Shown one piece after another: positions 59,577 through 64,000 of a DNA stretch of 64,000 bases. Below the pieces are notes generated by a model, which was given only the letters and a program-made list of their open reading frames with translations, was not told the origin of the DNA and made no database searches. Where the stretch lies: IMG/VR virus record IMGVR_UViG_3300037692_000137, positions 96,001-160,000 of that record; one strand, given 5' to 3'. Position 1 is the first letter of the stretch. Each line of letters starts with the position of its first letter. The position numbers and the translations under genes were made by a program. The DNA is from a virus (Duplodnaviria > Caudoviricetes).

Positions 59577-59998
59577 TCACCCCAACTAATAATCATTATG
59601 GCCGTGTGTAAACTTTTTACCCAAAAACCAGAAATCTCTTCGGAATCATTATCAGTATACACGAGTTGAAAGTTATGAACACTGTTTTCAGGTGTTATTC
59701 CTGGAATAAAAGAATAGAATGCCTGTATATCACCTAAATATGCATTGGCCACCTCAACTTTACCTATACCATACAGATCCTCTATCTGGTCCAACACATA
59801 GTTTTTGAACTTAGCTGTTGTTACTCCATCGTGTTCATGTCGATGTAAGGCTGTGCTCCAAAAGCCGTACTGTATGGGTATAGCTACTAGTTGCCACGTC
59901 AATGGCTCGAATTCTATGGTGCCCCTACCCCCAACAGAAACCCCGGCTCCGCCGCCATATAAATCGTAGCCTGCACTAGCTACAAATCGCATGTCCAT
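59573..59998 (-). CDS. Hypothetical protein, 141 aa
   Basis: Coupled co-oriented ORF. Confidence 0.65.
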   Translation of the reverse strand: MDMRFVASAGYDLYGGGAGVSVGGRGTIEFEPLTWQLVAIPIQYGFWSTALHRHEHDGVTTAKFKNYVLDQIEDLYGIGKVEVANAYLGDIQAFYSFIPGITPENSVHNFQLVYTDNDSEEISGFWVKSLHTAIMIISWGE

Positions 59999-59999
59999 T

Positions 60000-60530
60000 T
60001 TAGAAAGGTCCTCCCATTAGATAAGGAACAGTATCTGCGTCGGTTCTGTAATGGGCATGCACTGTCCCACTAGCTACAGGGCTACTCCAATCCATAGCGT
60101 CGTCTGCTTTAATTTTAGTTATTACATAATCTGTTCTATTTAAGGGGACGTTACGGGCTGTTTGTGATGAGGTAGAAACAGTGTTTGTTCTTATTACATC
60201 TTCTACTGATATATTATAGTGTCTTGTGTTATTAACTAAATTGTAAACATTTTGTTCATTTACTAAAATTTCTTCGCTGGATGTTAAAAACCCTGAGCAT
60301 GTAGCGTAGCATATAAATATACCTGCCTCGTCTATGGAAACGGCTGTTTTATATAGGCCGGATTCTACCGTAGACTCAACCAGAGCACCGTTTATAGGGG
60401 GTATTAAAGCGCTGTCGTCAATACGACGCACGTCATAGTATACAGTTTCGCCGGCCGCTAAACTGTTATCTTCCTCATTAAACAATGATACTAATATAGG
60501 GAAGCTTTCGCCAACATTAGCCCTGATCAT
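60000..60530 (-). CDS. Hypothetical Ig-like virion protein, 176 aa
   Basis: Co-oriented ORF with AAGGA RBS; beta-rich. Confidence 0.6.
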   Translation of the reverse strand: MIRANVGESFPILVSLFNEEDNSLAAGETVYYDVRRIDDSALIPPINGALVESTVESGLYKTAVSIDEAGIFICYATCSGFLTSSEEILVNEQNVYNLVNNTRHYNISVEDVIRTNTVSTSSQTARNVPLNRTDYVITKIKADDAMDWSSPVASGTVHAHYRTDADTVPYLMGGPF

Positions 60531-60539
60531 TTAAAGTCC

Positions 60540-61106
60540 TTATTCCTTCTTCCAAACCACTTCAAATATAGTTCCTAATAAGTCATCTGGTAGTATAAGT
60601 TTATCAATTTGTTTATTTTCATATTTTAAATTCCCATAACAATAGTCAATAAACTCTGTACAGTACATTGCTTCTTCATTATTAAAATTAAATTCATAAT
60701 CATACGCTATATCTTTATATAGATAGTTAAATGCTTTTTCAATGGCACTAGCTTTTTTGCTACTGTCCGCGCAGCGTAGTATACATATGTCGTCACAGCG
60801 TAAAAAAGTTAATATGTCTTCCTTGTTTATGCCTTGTCCCAACATGTGGATAACATAGCCATCTCCAACATACATAGCCGCGTGAGACCAATATCCTGGA
60901 ATTAAGATACTACCTAAGTAATGATCATACCTTCTTAAAAGAACATCCCCTGGTTCAAGTACATTTAATACATAACGTGTATCTGGTCCTTTTATACTGT
61001 AAGAAGAATTACCAAAAAGTACAAACCCTCCTACATATACACGTATATCAGCAAACCAAGCAATTGTGGTATTTTTAATTTTGTAAAAAATATTAGGAAG
61101 CGTCAT
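60540..61106 (-). CDS. Permuted papain-like amidase (YiiX/YebB, NlpC/P60 superfamily)
   Basis: LEPGDVLL..PGYWSHAAMYVG..VIH..YDY.F..MYCTEFI: catalytic His precedes Cys, the permuted arrangement. Confidence 0.85.
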   Translation of the reverse strand: MTLPNIFYKIKNTTIAWFADIRVYVGGFVLFGNSSYSIKGPDTRYVLNVLEPGDVLLRRYDHYLGSILIPGYWSHAAMYVGDGYVIHMLGQGINKEDILTFLRCDDICILRCADSSKKASAIEKAFNYLYKDIAYDYEFNFNNEEAMYCTEFIDYCYGNLKYENKQIDKLILPDDLLGTIFEVVWKKE

Positions 61107-61121
61107 AATAGTAACTCCTTA

Positions 61122-62108
61122 TTATACAGAACGTGCTCTATGCATACATAGTATACTAGCCATTGACCAAGTATGATCCCCTGATATAGTGGTATTGGTA
61201 TCAGCTATCACTTTAAGCCTCATTCCATTACCTATTTGATCAGTGTCTGAAGAATTTAAAGCTATAAACCCACTTGCCAGTAAAGGAACCTTGTTTATAA
61301 ATCTGGCTAATGTTACTTCTACTGAAAACATGTTGTATCTACCATTACCATACGGGGCAGGGGTTATATTTTCATAACGTTTGGTTGTAGTATTCCAAGT
61401 GGCATTCCAAAAAGCTAATGGGGTATTATGTTGATCATCATCTGGTATATAAACTAAACCACCTGTATGTGTGGTTATATCTGATGTTATTGCCACTGTT
61501 CCATTACCCGCGGCCGGTACTATTAAATAACCCCCATATAAATTATAATTTGTATTAGACCCTACAATAGTAGTTGTAACTATTGGCACCATTTCAAGTG
61601 TTATTGTATCCAGCAGTGCATCTTTCCATGTAATATAACCTTCATGCAACCAAGTCTCATTTTCTACAATATTAAAGTCTATATAGATGGGTTCAGGATC
61701 TGGATCTCCTATAATATGATTAACTACTATTGGGGCGCCTCCGCCAACCATTGTTGGGTTTGTTATATCATCCCCTTCTCCAGTCCAATAAACAGCTGTT
61801 CCTAGTTTTCTAGATGTTTGATGCACCCTTAATTTACCAGACAAGTCTCTATATTCATCTACTATACTTACATTAGCAAACTCACCTAAACAGTATTTTA
61901 TGCCTTCAGTGGGCGCTAATGTTGATACGCCGTTGCTAACAGTGATGTCTCCTACGGCTATTTTAGCTACTAAAACAGCAGATTGTGTTATTTCGCGCTG
62001 GGTCAGATAGTCAGTAATAGTAATGGCACTGGAAGCAGGTATGTTAAACCCCCTTACATCTAATTCTATGTCTTCTGTTGTATTATTAGTAAGTATTATA
62101 GTAATCAT
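61122..62108 (-). CDS. Hypothetical virion protein, 328 aa
   Basis: AAGGAG RBS; Thr/Ile-rich and beta-rich. Confidence 0.65.
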   Translation of the reverse strand: MITIILTNNTTEDIELDVRGFNIPASSAITITDYLTQREITQSAVLVAKIAVGDITVSNGVSTLAPTEGIKYCLGEFANVSIVDEYRDLSGKLRVHQTSRKLGTAVYWTGEGDDITNPTMVGGGAPIVVNHIIGDPDPEPIYIDFNIVENETWLHEGYITWKDALLDTITLEMVPIVTTTIVGSNTNYNLYGGYLIVPAAGNGTVAITSDITTHTGGLVYIPDDDQHNTPLAFWNATWNTTTKRYENITPAPYGNGRYNMFSVEVTLARFINKVPLLASGFIALNSSDTDQIGNGMRLKVIADTNTTISGDHTWSMASILCMHRARSV

Positions 62109-62605
62109 ATATCATATCTCCAGGCAGTTTCTACACGACACACTGTGTTAGTAATGGCTGTAGAACTTTTAGCAACATACACTTGTATTTTTTCCATGGG
62201 CTCTATGTTTAAATTTAAGCTGTTGGTTAAAAACACCCTATCTGTATTACCACCATAACTAAAAGTGTATATAGTAACACTGTTTTTCTTTAACTCAAAG
62301 TCTGCATAGAGGTCGCCGGCTTTACTTCTACAAAATATACCTAAAATGGTAGAGGACCTATTAGGCATATAAACATCATCTACATCATCTAAGTCCCCTA
62401 ATAAAGGTAGATAAATCCCTTTAGCCGCACCTTTTCTTGCATATTCGAACACTGGTTTCTCAGCAGATAACCACTTGTTTCTGGCAGCGTCATAACTATA
62501 TGTTATGTTTGTAATTGGGTCTATCCATAATATATCCCCTATTGTAGGCTGGCCGCCGTAAGCCACCAGACCTTTAGTGTGTCCTTGAAAAATACCCTTT
62601 GCCAT
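62105..62605 (-). CDS. Hypothetical virion or fibre-associated protein, 166 aa
   Basis: GGAGG RBS; PTIGDILWID motif common in tail fibre segments. Confidence 0.6.
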   Translation of the reverse strand: MAKGIFQGHTKGLVAYGGQPTIGDILWIDPITNITYSYDAARNKWLSAEKPVFEYARKGAAKGIYLPLLGDLDDVDDVYMPNRSSTILGIFCRSKAGDLYADFELKKNSVTIYTFSYGGNTDRVFLTNSLNLNIEPMEKIQVYVAKSSTAITNTVCRVETAWRYDI

Positions 62606-62607
62606 CT

Positions 62608-64000
62608 TTAAACTACCTCCGTTAATATGTCAAATGTGAGTAATAGTAAAATAGCGTCATTACTCATAGTGTCAGTAGCATTAGTACTATCTCTGTAAAC
62701 TCTAAAACTAACCGCGCTGTTTCTGTTTAAAGGGTTATTAGTATCGTTGTGTGGGATGTAGGATACACATTTTAAAAAAGTGTCCGCTGATGCATTATCA
62801 GGTATACTTTTATCTATTACCAAGGTGGATGTGATTTTATTCGCTACTACATCGAGTTCGTTGAATATTTGGTAGTCTAAAGCCCATCTGCATGCTGTTG
62901 TTCCGGTCTGTGAGTAGTCATTAAAAAAGCTTATCTTTACTAATATGTCTGTATATCTTTTCCAGTTTCCTGGTATTTCAAATGTTCCATACATAGACTC
63001 TTCTATAGTGTCATCGTAGGCTAAACCTGTTATAGGACATCCGGAAGCAGTAGTTTTATGTGGAAAGGCTGTTATACCCTCCGTTAAGCTACCGGCCCTA
63101 AATGTTAAGCTACGCACGTTATCTGCGGTTGATTTACTTATACAACATGTCTCTGCAGCGGAAGAAAAATCTAGTACAAGCTTACCAAAGTCAAGATACC
63201 GTAAGTATATGTCAGTATCTGCGGTGTTTACTTGCACTGATGGAGATGGACTCCATTCTCTACCTAAACCTTCGGTTTTAGGCCTATTCCAATAAGTAAC
63301 CGCTGCTGAGTTGGCGCCATAGTAAACGTCAGATGTTCCAAAAGCGTCCAAATTCCACATCATAGCAGAAACAAAACCAAAGTTAAATAGTTCCTGCCCT
63401 TCACCATTACTGTTGTTTATAATACCTACTGCAGCTACATTGATGTTATATTCATATCTTTTTAGGTTGGCTTTTGAACCCCTTGCAGCCCAATCAGTTT
63501 TTGATTCGTACCCGGCGGTAGAAGTGTATGAAGAAGTATTTATAGGAAAACTTTCTAAAAGACACCAGTCATTAGCAGTAAGATTTGATGTGCCTGATGT
63601 AGTATTATAGATGCTATTAGGGTAGTTTACATCATTTTCAACACCTAATATGTGATCTAAATTCCAAGCATTTACAAAGCATATTTTGGTATATGTTTTA
63701 TTATGCACATAGTCTATCCTACTATTTAACTCATCTCTAGTTACACCGTAATCGTACCCAGCTTCATCTATAAGGATACCCTCTATATTTAGAGTATCCC
63801 AATTATCTACCTTAGTTTGAAAGGCAGCAAGATCTTGATTAGCTGTTACGTAACCAAAAATTTGGGTTCTTGGGTTTAAAGCTTTGACTCTTGGTATTAT
63901 TACTTGTGCGTTTGAGTAGTCGCCGTGAGTTGGCAACTGCACACCGTCACCTAACACAACATAATTGTATTTGGCAATGTCCTGAGCCACCTTCTCGTTT
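62608..64000 (-). CDS. Virion protein with a putative TIM-barrel glycoside hydrolase-like domain (GH114/GH135-like); probably 5-prime truncated
   Basis: The frame stays open to the window edge (..NEKVAQDIAKY) with no RBS before the GTG at 63990; KALNPRTQIFGYV and IEGILIDEAGYDYG motifs. Confidence 0.5.
   Translation of the reverse strand, partial: NEKVAQDIAKYNYVVLGDGVQLPTHGDYSNAQVIIPRVKALNPRTQIFGYVTANQDLAAFQTKVDNWDTLNIEGILIDEAGYDYGVTRDELNSRIDYVHNKTYTKICFVNAWNLDHILGVENDVNYPNSIYNTTSGTSNLTANDWCLLESFPINTSSYTSTAGYESKTDWAARGSKANLKRYEYNINVAAVGIINNSNGEGQELFNFGFVSAMMWNLDAFGTSDVYYGANSAAVTYWNRPKTEGLGREWSPSPSVQVNTADTDIYLRYLDFGKLVLDFSSAAETCCISKSTADNVRSLTFRAGSLTEGITAFPHKTTASGCPITGLAYDDTIEESMYGTFEIPGNWKRYTDILVKISFFNDYSQTGTTACRWALDYQIFNELDVVANKITSTLVIDKSIPDNASADTFLKCVSYIPHNDTNNPLNRNSAVSFRVYRDSTNATDTMSNDAILLLLTFDILTEVV

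Noticed and set aside
1-64000. tRNA, rRNA, integrase, alternative genetic code
   Set aside because: No gaps or motifs support RNA genes or an integrase; long intact ORFs under the standard bacterial code argue against stop-codon reassignment.

Overview
AT-rich window in which essentially every real gene is on the minus strand, tightly packed, with AGGAG-type ribosome-binding sites. It is the virion morphogenesis operon of a very large tailed phage, probably a non-contractile, siphovirus-like one. In transcription order (right to left) it encodes accessory or receptor-binding proteins, a head-tail adaptor, a neck protein, a tail terminator, the major tail tube, two paralogous tail chaperones, a 7715-aa tape measure protein (TMP), hub and tail-tip proteins, three paralogous Ig/lectin tail-tip proteins, and a >1292-aa gene missed by the ORF track. 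Five free-standing homing-endonuclease-like genes are interspersed. The main discovery is that the giant TMP is a multi-enzyme fusion. Upstream of its TP901-type tape-measure core it carries a fused beta/beta-prime two-barrel RNA polymerase. Recognisable motifs, in canonical order, are FED, GxK..R.GxKG, DFDGD and the trigger-loop QxxMxxxH. The polymerase is followed by a RecB/Cas4-like PD-(D/E)XK nuclease. I found no cysteine in the whole protein. A TMP-fused virion RNAP has a precedent in Thermus phage P23-45; the greater size and the added nuclease go beyond what I know of that case. All assignments come from reading motifs by eye; no searches were run.
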